A stretch of DNA of 64,000 nt from Deltaproteobacteria bacterium (GTDB lineage: Bacteria > Desulfobacterota > Binatia > UTPRO1), in NCBI GenBank assembly GCA_020848745.1, contig JADLHM010000110.1:12688-76687 (forward strand), given 5' to 3'. This document shows, one piece after another, positions 47,428 to 60,705 of this stretch; within the stretch, counting starts at the first letter, position 1; each line of letters opens with the position of its first letter. The position numbers and the translations under genes are program-made. The notes under the pieces were generated by a model, which ran no database searches, was not told the DNA's origin, and saw only the letters and a program-made list of their open reading frames with translations.

Positions 47428-48310
47428 CGATGCCTTCCTTTCCGAAATGCCGGGCGAATGGGGCGAGCGCGGCCGGGTCGAGGCGCGGACGGCCGAGCGG
47501 CGCCAGGATGGGCGCGAGGCGCGGAAGCTTGGCCTCGCCGAAGTCGTGGTACGGGAGGCAGCGCAGCGTGCGGTGTCCGTGGCGCGCAAGGAAGCGGGCC
47601 GTCGCTCGGACGTTGTCCGGGTCGTCGTTCAGCCCCGGGATCACCGGCATGCGCGGCTCGACGGCCACCTCGCTCGCGACGAGGCGCGCGAAATTGCGGA
47701 GGATGCGCTCGTTGCCCGCACCGGTCAGGCGCGCGTGCGCTGCGCTGTCCATGTGCTTCAGGTCGAACTGGACGAGGCCGACCCAAGGGAGGAGCGCCGC
47801 GACCTCGCGCCAGCGGAAGAGGCCGCAGGTCTGGAGCACGACGTGGATGCGTTCGGCCGCGAGGCGCGGCAGTAGCGCGCCGAGGTAGCCGGCGTGGATC
47901 GTCGGCTCGCCGCCCGAGAGCGTGACGCCGCCGCCCGACTCCGCGAAGTAGTCCCGGTCCTTCACGACCTCGGCGACGAGCGCGTCGACGGTGTAGCGGC
48001 GGCCGATCACCCGCAGCGCCTCGTGGCCGCACGCGTCGGCGCAGCGCCCGCACGCGTCGCAGCTCGCAAAGTCGATGCGGCGGTCTGGTCCCGACACGAT
48101 CGCGCCACGCGGGCAGGCGGCGGCGCAGCGCCGCTCGCCGGCGCAGCGGTCCGGGTGGAACGCGATTTCCGGTTCGCGCCGGATCGCTTCCGGATTGTGG
48201 CACCAGGCGCAGCGCAAGATGCAGCCCTTGAAAAAGACCGTCGTCCGGATGCCGGGGCCGTCGTGCAGCGAGAAGCGTTGGATGTCGACGACGACGGGAA
48301 GCTCGTCCAT
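47408..48310 (-). CDS. glycyl-radical enzyme activating protein (radical SAM, with two auxiliary ferredoxin-like clusters)
   Basis: 300 aa from MDELPVVVDIQRFSLHDGPGIRTTVFFKGCILRCAWCHN (CxxxCxxC) plus two extra Cys clusters (CAGERRCAAACP, CDACGRCADAC) as in activases of PFL2-type GREs. Alternative start 12 codons upstream (about 48346). Overlaps the GRE start by 20 nt. Confidence 0.8.
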   Translation of the reverse strand: MDELPVVVDIQRFSLHDGPGIRTTVFFKGCILRCAWCHNPEAIRREPEIAFHPDRCAGERRCAAACPRGAIVSGPDRRIDFASCDACGRCADACGHEALRVIGRRYTVDALVAEVVKDRDYFAESGGGVTLSGGEPTIHAGYLGALLPRLAAERIHVVLQTCGLFRWREVAALLPWVGLVQFDLKHMDSAAHARLTGAGNERILRNFARLVASEVAVEPRMPVIPGLNDDPDNVRATARFLARHGHRTLRCLPYHDFGEAKLPRLAPILAPLGRPRLDPAALAPFARHFGKEGIDVVVCD

Positions 48311-48587
48311 CCCCACCAGGCTACCGATCGGTCGGATGGGCTGCATGACGTAGGTCAGCGTGACGGCTGACGTTTGCGGGTCGCTCGGCCGGGACGAGCG
48401 ACGCCGGGACGACGGCGAACCAGTGGGCGTCGTGCGCGGTCCAGCAGCTCGCGAGGAGCACGGCGCGCTGCGTGGGTGTGGGTATCGCGTGCACGTGGGA
48501 CACCGAGACCTCCGAGATCCGTGCCTCCTCGTGCCTCGCGGCGCAAGGAGAGACGGTGACGTCGGTCGCGGCGCGGAGTGACGGTGA

Positions 48588-51500
48588 TCAGCGACAGGCG
48601 AACGTGGCGCCCGTGCTGCTCCACCGGCAGCGCGGCCGCGGCGCGCTCGCGTCGCCGAAGCGGTGCCCGGCGCATTGCCCCGGCGAGGCGCCGAAGGCGA
48701 GCCGCAGCTCGAGCGCGGCGTCGCCGGGCGCGAGCGGGCTCGATCGGCCTCGGCCGCGCAGCGCGACCTCGACGCGCCCGGCGGCCGCTCCGGGGAGGCG
48801 GATCGTCGCGGTACGGATGCCGCCGTGAGCGCCTCCCGGATCGCGATACCGCCACGTCGTCCCGTTGCGATTCCTGCTCCACCCGGCGCCGGTGAACGGA
48901 TCGCGCGCGCCGGCCGGGAGGACGATGCGCTCGCGCAGGTCGCCGGCGCCGGTGCGAAGCTCGATGCGGAGGCCGTGTGCGGACGGGTCGAGGCCTTCGC
49001 CCGGGGGGAGGGCGAGGTCTGCGGCCGCGCGCAGCGCGAGCGTGCCGCGGTTGGCCGTGCGCGCTCCGCCGAGCACGAGCCGCATCCCGGCCCGGAGCGG
49101 CGTGCCCGCGAAGGCGTGCGTGCACTGGCCGCTCGGCGTGCAGGCGTCGGTGGTGCAGGGGTCGTCGTCGTCACAGTCGCCGTCCGCGTCGCAGATCGGC
49201 GGCACGAGCGCCGTCGCGGCGCTCGCCATCGCGATCGGCGCGCCCCGGCCGGTCGCCACCCAGAGATCGTGCAGCGTCGCGCCGGTCGCATCCGTCACGT
49301 TGCCATCGCGGAGCGCCTCGATGTAGTGGCGCGGCGTGTTCTGATAGTAGAGTTCGACGTCGGCGCGTGTGGTGCCGGGGGGGATTCCGAAGCGGACGTC
49401 GTCCCAATACTGCCCGTCCGCGTAGCTCGCGCCCACCACCGGCGCGCCCGCGTCCGCGAACGCGGTGTTCGCGAAGCCGCGCGGCGGAATGCGGTTGTCC
49501 TTCTCGATCGTGTCGGCGAGCGCCATGTGCGTGGTGGGCCCGGCCGGGAGCCCCGTGAGCGCCGCCGCCTCGGCGCTCAGGCCGACGTGCATCTCGTAGA
49601 CGACGGTCGAGGCCTCGTCGAGTTCGGCCGTCGCCGCGTCGTAGCGGCCGTGCTCGGCGACGAGCGCGCCGGTTTCGTCGCGGAACGCGACGTGCAGCCA
49701 GACGCGCCGCCCCTCGATGTGGCCGGTCGGGAGCTTGTGGCCGGTCTCGTTGGTCACGCGCACGACGAGTTGCGCTCCCTCCTGGGTGAGCGCGAGCGAC
49801 GCGGCCCGCTCGAGCATGGCGACCGCGGCGTCGCGTCCGCGGGCGAGCGCGGCCTGGTCGACCGTGGGATCGAGACGCGTTGCTTCCGCGATCAGGTCGA
49901 GCACCGGCGCGGCGGCGCCGGCGAAGTCATGGAGGGCGAGGTCGCCGCGCACGGTGCCGTAGACGCACCCGCGGCCGACCGCGCGCGGCATGTGGCAGTC
50001 CTGGCAGGTCGACACCACGCCTCCGCCCACGCCGCCGAAGCGTCCGCCCGTGTCGACGCCGCCCGCGGCGAAGGCGCTGAGCTTCCATTCCGTGTAGGTG
50101 CGCTCGAGGGGGAACTGCATGCCAGGATCGTGCGTCGGGCTCGGCACCCCCATCGTGTTGTAGCGATACGTGCCGTCGGGGTCGCGCGTGACGGCGAGGT
50201 TGCCGACGTCGTGGCAGGTGCCGCAGAACTCGCCGCGCGCATGGAACGGGGAGACGATCCACGCGTGCATCGCGAGCGGATCGGCGCGCGGGCCCCGGCG
50301 CGTGCCGCTCGGGTCGAGGACGAACATGGCGTTCCCGTAGTGGGCGGGAATCGCCGAGAGGCCCGCCAGGATGTCCGCGTCCGCGTCCGGGCTCGTGCCG
50401 GGTACGAAGAGCGGGTCGACCATGCTGTGGCAGAAGTGGCAGGAGACGCCTTGGCGATCGGTCGCGTCGAGGAGCCGGCCGTCGGGTTCCTCGGCGTGAC
50501 CCGTGACGATGCTGAGGGGGACGTGGCAGCGCAGGCAGTAATAGCCGACGCTCGGCACGTCCTGGACGGCGGTCGTGAGCTGCGCGAAGAAGAGCGGATC
50601 GCGTCCGGCGTGCGCCATCAGGCTTCCCGACCAGCGCGCCACCGGATCCACCGCGGCGTCGTAGCCGCCGTGGCAGGAGGCGCACTCCGAGGGCTCGAGA
50701 AGCACGTGAGGCGGCACGTCGCCCGTCTGGGTGCCGGGGACGTGGAAGTCCTCGCAGAGCGGCGGGACGGCCGTGCAGACGCCGGCCGCGCACGCCAAGC
50801 TGCCGCCGCAGGTGCTGCCGGGACCGCACGCGGTGCCGTCGGAGAGCGGCGCGTGGCCGCAACCGTCGAGAGGGTCACAGGCGTCGTACGTGCAGGGATT
50901 GTGGTCGTCGCAGTCGAGCGCGGGGGCGCCGGTGCAGACACCGGCGAGGCATTGCGCGATCCCGTTGCAGACCGTGCCGTCGTCGCACGACGCGCCGTCG
51001 GACACCGTCGTCCGCACGCAGCCGCCGACGAGGTCGCACCGCTCGTCGGTGCACGGCTCACCGTCGTCACAGTCGAAGTCGTCGTGGCACGCGCTCACGA
51101 ACGCAGCGGTAATGGTTGCGTCGGTGGCTGGCACCGTGAGCGCGTGCGCGCGGAGCCCTCCGTCCGACCACGACGCGAAGAGCCAGTCGACGCCGTCCAG
51201 CGCCTGCGGTGCCGGCGCGTCGACGGCGAGCGCCGCACCGACGACGGCGGTGCGGACGAAGGGCGTCACCGCGGCCGCCGACTCGACCACGAGGGTGAGA
51301 CCGGGCGGCGTGGAAGCGAAGGTGAGATCGACCGTCTCCGGGTCGAGCGCAATGCTCGCGGTATGCTCGAGCCCGCCGGAGTCGGTCGCGGTCAGGTGGA
51401 GCAGGAGGCGCGCGGGGAGCTCGCCGGGATCGGGAGCGGCGAAACTCCCCGAGGCCACGCCGGTCGCCGTGGCGACGGTCTCGGTCGTGCAGGCGCCGGC

Positions 51501-53018
51501 GCAGCGTTCGAGGAGGAGCGTCCACTCGAGCGCCGCGGGCGGCAACGCGCCCTCCTCGGGATCGGTCGCCGCGCCGGCGAAGTCGATGGGCGCGCCGACG
51601 CGCCAGAGCTCGGTCGCGGCGGGCGCCGTGATCACCGCGGTCGGCGGCGTGTTGGTCGAGACCCATTGGACGCGACGCACGCTGCCGCCGCTGAAGTCGA
51701 CGTAGAAGAGATCGCCGCCGGGACCGGTCTCGAGCGCGACCGGCGAGGCGGCGCCGTCGACGAAGACCGCGCGCGTGGCCGGGTCGGGCAGACCGTCGGC
51801 GCCGGCGCGCATCGACCAGATGCAGCCGCGTGAGAAGTCGGCGAAGAAGAGCGCCCCGTCGTAGGCCGCGGGGTAGCCGCCGCCGGCGTGGAAGGCGAGG
51901 CCCGTGATCGCAGAGTTGCCGGCGCCGCACGACTCGTCGAGCGTCATGGGCTCGCCGTGCCGATACGCGAAATAGGGGGGGGTGGTCGCCGCCGGGCTCG
52001 CGTAGATGGCGTCGCACCGGGCCAGGCCGGCCGCCTCGTAGAACGGCTGGCGGTCGGCGCCTTCGTAGCAGGGCCAGCCGAAGTTCGGTGTGCCCGGGTC
52101 GGCGGCGTTCGCGATGCGGTCGATCTCCTCGATCGTGTCCCAGCCGACGTCGCCGACCCAGAGCTCCGCGGTGCCGGGCCGGAAGGCCATGCGGTACGGG
52201 TTGCGGAGCCCGAAGGCGACGACGCGGCCGTCGGCGGGTGCGAGCAGATCGACGCGCAGGATCGTGCCGTCGTAGCCGAGCGGGTCGCCGGCGCTGAGGA
52301 CGTCCTGGCTGCGGAGCGCGCCGCCCTCGGCGCCCGGCGGCGCCGGCGTCGCGCCGCCGCCCGTCGGGTCACCGCAGGGATTGAGCGGGCCGGGACCGAA
52401 CTGCCCGTAATCGACGCCGTTGAAGCTCGCGCCGTCGCCGGCGCCGACGTAGAGCGCGCCGTCGGGACCGAAGGCGAGACTCCCGAGCGAGTGGCTCGGA
52501 TACTGCTGGCACCAATCCTCGAGGAGCACCTGCTCGGGTCCCGCGAGCCCGCCGCCGTCGAGGTCGAGGCGCGCCAGCCTGCCGCCGACGACGCAGCCGG
52601 CGCCGAGCGGATCGGGGCAGCCGTCGGCGGTCGCGCCGACCCATCCCCAGCGCGGCGGTGTGCCGCCAGGCGCCGCGTCGAGCGTGTAGAGGACGAAGAT
52701 CGACGGCACGGCGGGGAAGTCGGGGTGGAGCGCCAGGCCGAGGAGGCCGCGGTCCCAGAAGTTGTGCACGTTGGTGCGGAGGTCGGCGACGATCGTCGGC
52801 GTCGGATCCGCGAGGTCGTCGAACGCCTTCACGATCCCGCTCTTTTCGGTGACGAAGACTCGACCGTCGGGCGCGAAACGTACGGCGGTCGGCTGCTCGA
52901 GCCCGCTGATCGCGATCGACTCCGCGAAGCCGGCGGGGAGCGTCGTGGCGCCGGCACGGGCGAGCGGCAGGCAGAGCAGGACGATCGACAGGAGCGCGCC
53001 GCGGCGGCGAAAGACCAT
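48588..53018 (-). CDS. secreted multidomain protein: PQQ-dependent sugar dehydrogenase-like beta-propeller fused to Cys-rich repeats and a pentaheme c-type cytochrome
   Basis: 1476 aa. Signal peptide. N-terminal sGDH/sorbosone-dehydrogenase-like propeller (NFGWPCYEG). Myxococcus-type cysteine-rich repeats (CDDGEPCTDERC..., CDDGTVCNGIAQC...). Five CxxCH motifs (CASCH, CLRCH, CHFCH, CGTCH, CQDCH). Confidence 0.75.
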   Translation of the reverse strand: MVFRRRGALLSIVLLCLPLARAGATTLPAGFAESIAISGLEQPTAVRFAPDGRVFVTEKSGIVKAFDDLADPTPTIVADLRTNVHNFWDRGLLGLALHPDFPAVPSIFVLYTLDAAPGGTPPRWGWVGATADGCPDPLGAGCVVGGRLARLDLDGGGLAGPEQVLLEDWCQQYPSHSLGSLAFGPDGALYVGAGDGASFNGVDYGQFGPGPLNPCGDPTGGGATPAPPGAEGGALRSQDVLSAGDPLGYDGTILRVDLLAPADGRVVAFGLRNPYRMAFRPGTAELWVGDVGWDTIEEIDRIANAADPGTPNFGWPCYEGADRQPFYEAAGLARCDAIYASPAATTPPYFAYRHGEPMTLDESCGAGNSAITGLAFHAGGGYPAAYDGALFFADFSRGCIWSMRAGADGLPDPATRAVFVDGAASPVALETGPGGDLFYVDFSGGSVRRVQWVSTNTPPTAVITAPAATELWRVGAPIDFAGAATDPEEGALPPAALEWTLLLERCAGACTTETVATATGVASGSFAAPDPGELPARLLLHLTATDSGGLEHTASIALDPETVDLTFASTPPGLTLVVESAAAVTPFVRTAVVGAALAVDAPAPQALDGVDWLFASWSDGGLRAHALTVPATDATITAAFVSACHDDFDCDDGEPCTDERCDLVGGCVRTTVSDGASCDDGTVCNGIAQCLAGVCTGAPALDCDDHNPCTYDACDPLDGCGHAPLSDGTACGPGSTCGGSLACAAGVCTAVPPLCEDFHVPGTQTGDVPPHVLLEPSECASCHGGYDAAVDPVARWSGSLMAHAGRDPLFFAQLTTAVQDVPSVGYYCLRCHVPLSIVTGHAEEPDGRLLDATDRQGVSCHFCHSMVDPLFVPGTSPDADADILAGLSAIPAHYGNAMFVLDPSGTRRGPRADPLAMHAWIVSPFHARGEFCGTCHDVGNLAVTRDPDGTYRYNTMGVPSPTHDPGMQFPLERTYTEWKLSAFAAGGVDTGGRFGGVGGGVVSTCQDCHMPRAVGRGCVYGTVRGDLALHDFAGAAAPVLDLIAEATRLDPTVDQAALARGRDAAVAMLERAASLALTQEGAQLVVRVTNETGHKLPTGHIEGRRVWLHVAFRDETGALVAEHGRYDAATAELDEASTVVYEMHVGLSAEAAALTGLPAGPTTHMALADTIEKDNRIPPRGFANTAFADAGAPVVGASYADGQYWDDVRFGIPPGTTRADVELYYQNTPRHYIEALRDGNVTDATGATLHDLWVATGRGAPIAMASAATALVPPICDADGDCDDDDPCTTDACTPSGQCTHAFAGTPLRAGMRLVLGGARTANRGTLALRAAADLALPPGEGLDPSAHGLRIELRTGAGDLRERIVLPAGARDPFTGAGWSRNRNGTTWRYRDPGGAHGGIRTATIRLPGAAAGRVEVALRGRGRSSPLAPGDAALELRLAFGASPGQCAGHRFGDASAPRPRCRWSSTGATFACR

Positions 53019-53314
53019 GAGACCCCTCGATCATACGGTCACGCGGTGGCCCGCGAAAGGGATGAAACGCGTCGAGATGACGTTCGTCAGCGCCATCGTT
53101 GACGCGCGCCGGACCCCCCGCGACTGCCCCCGACGCTGCGCTCTCCGGGCGGCGGGAATATCGCGTCGCGATCCGTCGCGTCGGCGGGAACGGGCGTCCG
53201 GTCCGCGCGGTCGAATCGAATGGCACTGGCTTTGCTGCTCCGAACCATGCGGCGCACGGCGGCGGTGGACGACCTTCACGTTCACCCGCGTGATCCGCCG
53301 CTCGGGAGGACGGG

Positions 53315-56794
<3,480 letters not shown>

Positions 56795-56806
56795 AGGAGG
56801 GGCGAT

Positions 56807-57932
56807 GCCCAAAGTCTACAACTGGCAGATCGGGCGCGAGATGGACTACCCCTACGAAGGGGCGCGGCCGAAGAAGCAGTTCGCGATGCTCTTCGACACC
56901 AACAAGTGCATCGCGTGTCAGACCTGCACGGTCGCCTGCAAGACGACGTGGACCCCCGGTCGCGGCCAGGAGTACATGTTCTGGAACAACGTCGAGACCA
57001 AGCCCTACGGGTACTACCCGCTCGGCTGGGATGTGAAGATCCTCGAGCAGCACGGCGTCCAGGACGTCGGCGGCCCGGTCTACAAGGGCAAGACGCTCTT
57101 CGAGTCGGCGCCGAGCGGCGAGCGCATCCTCGGCTACCTGCCCGAGGATCTCGACTACGCGCATCCGAACGTCGGCGAGGACGACTCCTTCGGCGACATG
57201 CAGCAGGGCGAGCTGCTGCAGATCCCGCACATGCAGTGGATGTATTACCTGCCGCGCATCTGCAATCACTGCACGTACCCGGCGTGCCTCGCGTCGTGCC
57301 CGCGCATGTCGATCTACAAGCGTGAGGAGGATGGCATCGTACTCCTCGACCAGACCCGCTGCCGCGGCTACCGCGAGTGTGTGAAGGGCTGCCCGTACAA
57401 GAAGACGTTCTTCAATCCGATCACGCGCGTCTCGGAAAAGTGCATTGGCTGCTATCCGGCGGTCGAGGGCGGCCGGCAGACCCAGTGCACGATCACCTGC
57501 ATCGGCAAGATCCGCCTGCAGGGTTTCATCGGCAAGCCCGACGAGATCCGCGAGGACAACCCGATCGACTACATCGTGCGCGTCGCGAAGATCGCGTGCC
57601 CGCTCTACCCGCAGTTCGGGCTGGAGCCGAATACCTACTACATCCCGCCGGTCCACGTGCCGCCGCGCTACCTCGTGCAGATGTTCGGCGCCGGCGTCGA
57701 GCGGGCGATCGCGGGGTATCGGAAGGCGGCTGACGACGAGAAGCTGCTCGGGGCGCTGCTTCTCTTCGGCGCGACCCCGATGATCATCCACCACTACAAG
57801 GTCGAGGCGGGGGTCTCGATCGGCTTCGACGAGAAGGGCGGCGAGCTCGTGCGCGTGCCGCTCAGAGAGGCGATCCACGTGCGGGCCGCCTTCGACGAAC
57901 AGCACCAGGCGTACCGCACCAACATCACGTGA
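56807..57932 (+). CDS. type II DMSO reductase-family beta subunit (four Fe-S clusters, NarH/EbdB-like)
   Basis: 375 aa. KQFAMLFDTNKCIACQTCTVACK N-terminal ferredoxin motif plus three further Cys clusters. AAGGAGG RBS. Confidence 0.85.
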
Positions 57933-57943
57933 GGGATCCACGC

Positions 57944-58798
57944 ATGTCCACCCGATGGGGAACGAGGCTCGTGCTCGCCGCCGCCTTGGCGCTCGTGGCG
58001 GGAGAGGTGGGGGCGCAGATGGCCGAGCTGCGCGTCGTGCGCGTTCGCGAGAAGGGGCCGTTTCGCGACCCCGCCGCGGCGTTCTGGAAGGACGCGCCGG
58101 CGACCCCGGTGGCGTTGCTGCCGCAGGCGATGACGCTGCCGAACAACCTCAAGCCGGCGGTCCAGTCGCTGCAGGCCAAGGCGGTCCACGACGGCAAGTG
58201 GCTCGCGCTGCTTCTCGAATGGCCGGACGCCACCAGGAGCGACCGCATCGTGGTCGACCAGTTCGGCGATCAGGTCGCGATCGAGTTCCCGGCCGAGTTC
58301 AAGAAGGACGCGCTTCCGAGCCCGATGATGGGGAACCCGGGCGGGCGCGTCGAGATCTGGCAGTGGCGCGCCGCGTTCCAGCAGGATCTCGAGCGCGGCC
58401 GGCCGCAGGTCACCAACGACCTCTATCCGAACGCGCACGCCGATGTGTACCCGGACGAGCTCCTGCGGGCGATCGACGCCCGGCCCTACATGGGCGCGGT
58501 CGGCGTCGACAACCTGATCACGCACGCCGACAAGAGCCCCGTGCTCGAGCAGCTCGCGGAGGGCTGGGGCTCGCTCACGATCCAGCCCGACGACCAGCGG
58601 GCGGACGGGAAGGGGGTGTGGGCCGACGGCACCTGGCGCGTCGTCGTCACGCATCCGCTCGCGGGCGGCGAGGGCCATGTCGGCTTCGCGCCCGGCGGCG
58701 AGTCGGCGGTCGCGTTCGCCGTCTGGGACGGCGGCAGCCGCGAGGTCGGCCCGCGCAAGGCATGGTCCACCTGGGCCGCCCTGAAGCTCGCCGAGTGA
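57944..58798 (+). CDS. type II DMSO reductase-family gamma subunit (EB_dh haem b domain, EbdC/DdhC/SerC-like)
   Basis: About 284 aa from MSTRWGTRLVLAAALALVAG (signal). Periplasmic haem-b subunit fold. Start inside ORF 57929..58798. Confidence 0.75.
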   Translation: MSTRWGTRLVLAAALALVAGEVGAQMAELRVVRVREKGPFRDPAAAFWKDAPATPVALLPQAMTLPNNLKPAVQSLQAKAVHDGKWLALLLEWPDATRSDRIVVDQFGDQVAIEFPAEFKKDALPSPMMGNPGGRVEIWQWRAAFQQDLERGRPQVTNDLYPNAHADVYPDELLRAIDARPYMGAVGVDNLITHADKSPVLEQLAEGWGSLTIQPDDQRADGKGVWADGTWRVVVTHPLAGGEGHVGFAPGGESAVAFAVWDGGSREVGPRKAWSTWAALKLAE

Positions 58799-58806
58799 GG
58801 ACGACC

Positions 58807-59556
58807 ATGACCACCGCGAACGCATTGCAGGGGATCCGACGCGACGTTGCCGGCGCGCTCACGCGCGCGGGGGTGCTGCGGGCGCTGGCGCGCGGGCTCG
58901 ACGATCCGGCGGGCGCATGGCGCGCCGAGGTCGCCGACGGTTGGCGCGCGCTGCTCCGCGGCACCGGGGAATGGCCGGACGAGGTTCGCGCCGCGCTGGC
59001 GCGAGCGCTCACGAGCCTGGAAGTCGCGACCGACGACCTGGCGTCGGAGCACGTGCGCTTGTTCGGTCCGGCCGGCCGCGCCGCGCTCACCGAGACGTCC
59101 TGGGGCGACGCGGGGCGTCTGCTCGGGAAGGCGACCGCCCTCGCCGACCTCGGCGGGTTCTATCGCGCCTTCGGCGTCCAGCCCGACGCCGCGAGCCCGC
59201 GCCCCGAGGATCATCTTGCGCTCGAGCTCGAGTTCGTGAGCGTGCTCGCGCTCAAGGAGGCGTGGGCGCGGAGCGGCGGCGAGACGGAGGCGCTCGCGGT
59301 CACGCGCGACGCGACGGCGAAGTTCCTCGCCGACCATCTCGGGACGTGGATCGACGCCTGGTGCACCGCGTTGGCCGAGCAGGGAGCTCCCGATTTCTAC
59401 GTGGCGCTCGGCGAGGCCGTCCGCTGCGCTGTCCGTGCCGAGTGCGAGCGGCTTGCCGTGATCCCGCACACGGTCGCGGCACGGCTCCCGGAGGGCGATC
59501 TCGGTGGCGAGGCGTTCACCTGTCCGCGCGCCGATGCGGCCGACGCCACGGTCTGA
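58807..59556 (+). CDS. TorD/NarJ-family redox enzyme maturation chaperone (delta subunit)
   Basis: 249 aa from MTTANALQGIRRD, all-helical. EDHLALELEFVSVLA motif typical of NarJ/TorD/DmsD chaperones. Last gene of the ABCD operon. C-terminal part of artefactual ORF 57955..59556. Confidence 0.7.
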   Translation: MTTANALQGIRRDVAGALTRAGVLRALARGLDDPAGAWRAEVADGWRALLRGTGEWPDEVRAALARALTSLEVATDDLASEHVRLFGPAGRAALTETSWGDAGRLLGKATALADLGGFYRAFGVQPDAASPRPEDHLALELEFVSVLALKEAWARSGGETEALAVTRDATAKFLADHLGTWIDAWCTALAEQGAPDFYVALGEAVRCAVRAECERLAVIPHTVAARLPEGDLGGEAFTCPRADAADATV

Positions 59557-59731
59557 CGCGCGCGCATCGCGCCGGGCGGACGGCGAGGACGTACGGCTCC
59601 CCGTGGTGACGTCGGTCAGGGCGTTCGCCCCCAAGCGGTCATCGCGACACGGCTGACGATCCCTTCAACATTGAACGATGACCCATCCCCGTCCGGCAGT
59701 TCCGGAAGCTCCGGCGAGCGCCTCCGGTCCG

Positions 59732-60331
59732 ATGCGAAGGCTTCGTCAGCGCAACCAGACCCGCGCCCGTCTCGTGGCGGCGGGGCGGCGGGTGATCGCC
59801 GCTCACGGCCTCGAGGGCGCCGCAGTCTCCGCCATCACCGACGACGCCGACGTCGGCGTCGGCTCGTTCTACAACTACTTCACCTCCAAGCGGGAGCTCC
59901 TGAACGTGATCGTCGCGGAGGCGGCGGCGCTGCTCGGCGAGGTGCTGAACGGACGCACGGGCGCGATGGCCGATCCCGCCGCGCGGGTGGCGGTGGCGGT
60001 CCGCCACGTGGTGCACCTCGCGGGGACCGATCCGACGTGGGCGTGGTTCGTGCTCCGCGCGACCGACGCCGTACCGCGGCTCGCGGCGAGCGTGACGGCG
60101 CCGATCGAGCCGCACGTCCGCGCGGGGATGGCGAGCGGGCGCTTCACGGTGGACGATCCCGAGCTCGCGGTGAACGCGGTCGGCGGGATGATGCTGCACG
60201 TGATGCGCGCCCGCCTGCTCGGTCGGGTCGGTCCGCAGGCCGACCGCATCGCCGCCGAGCACGTCCTGCGGACGCTCGGGCTCGCGCCCGCTGCAGCCCG
60301 CGCCGTCGTGCAGGAAGTCGCGTCTGGATGA
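59732..60331 (+). CDS. TetR family transcriptional regulator
   Basis: N-terminal TetR HTH (ARLVAAGRRVIAAHGLEGAAVSAITDDADVGVGSFYNYFTSKRELL). Start at MRRLRQ (59732) or upstream ATG 59678. Confidence 0.65.
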   Translation: MRRLRQRNQTRARLVAAGRRVIAAHGLEGAAVSAITDDADVGVGSFYNYFTSKRELLNVIVAEAAALLGEVLNGRTGAMADPAARVAVAVRHVVHLAGTDPTWAWFVLRATDAVPRLAASVTAPIEPHVRAGMASGRFTVDDPELAVNAVGGMMLHVMRARLLGRVGPQADRIAAEHVLRTLGLAPAAARAVVQEVASG

Positions 60332-60600
60332 CCGTCACGAGCACTCCGGCCCCGGTGCTCGCCGCCGGCGCGCGGGTCGCGCGCGATCTCGACGTGCGGC
60401 CGATCCTGGCGCGCGGCGAGGAGCCCTTCGCGGCCATCATGTGCGCGATCGACGGCCTCCGGGACGACGAGGCGTTACACCTGATCGTGCCCTTCGAGCC
60501 GCGGCCGCTCTATGACGTCATGCGAGAGCGCGGGTTCGCCGCCCACACTACGGGTGACGGGAAGACCTTTCACGTGTGGTTCTATCGGCGGGCTTCGTGA
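60328..60600 (+). CDS. DUF2249 domain-containing protein
   Basis: 90 aa from MTVTSTPAP. ATG overlaps the TetR stop (ATGA). LDVRPI...PFAAIMCAIDGL...LHLIVPFEP pattern of DUF2249, a domain recurrently linked to NO/hemerythrin loci. Confidence 0.6.
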   Translation: MTVTSTPAPVLAAGARVARDLDVRPILARGEEPFAAIMCAIDGLRDDEALHLIVPFEPRPLYDVMRERGFAAHTTGDGKTFHVWFYRRAS

Positions 60601-60705
60601 TCGCTGCGGCGCTGCGCTGAGGGCTCGGAGGGCTCGGCGGCGCGTCATTCGCCTGGATGACGTCGGTCATGGGATGCCATCCGACCGTTCGGTAGTCGGA
60701 CGTGC

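Noticed and set aside
44560-47925. 1121-aa plus-strand ORF antisense to the glycyl radical enzyme (also 45167..47332 -, 721 aa, another frame)
   Set aside because: Low-complexity Arg/Gly/Ala translation. The real gene (GRE with glycyl motif and GCVEP loop) occupies the minus strand in a different frame.
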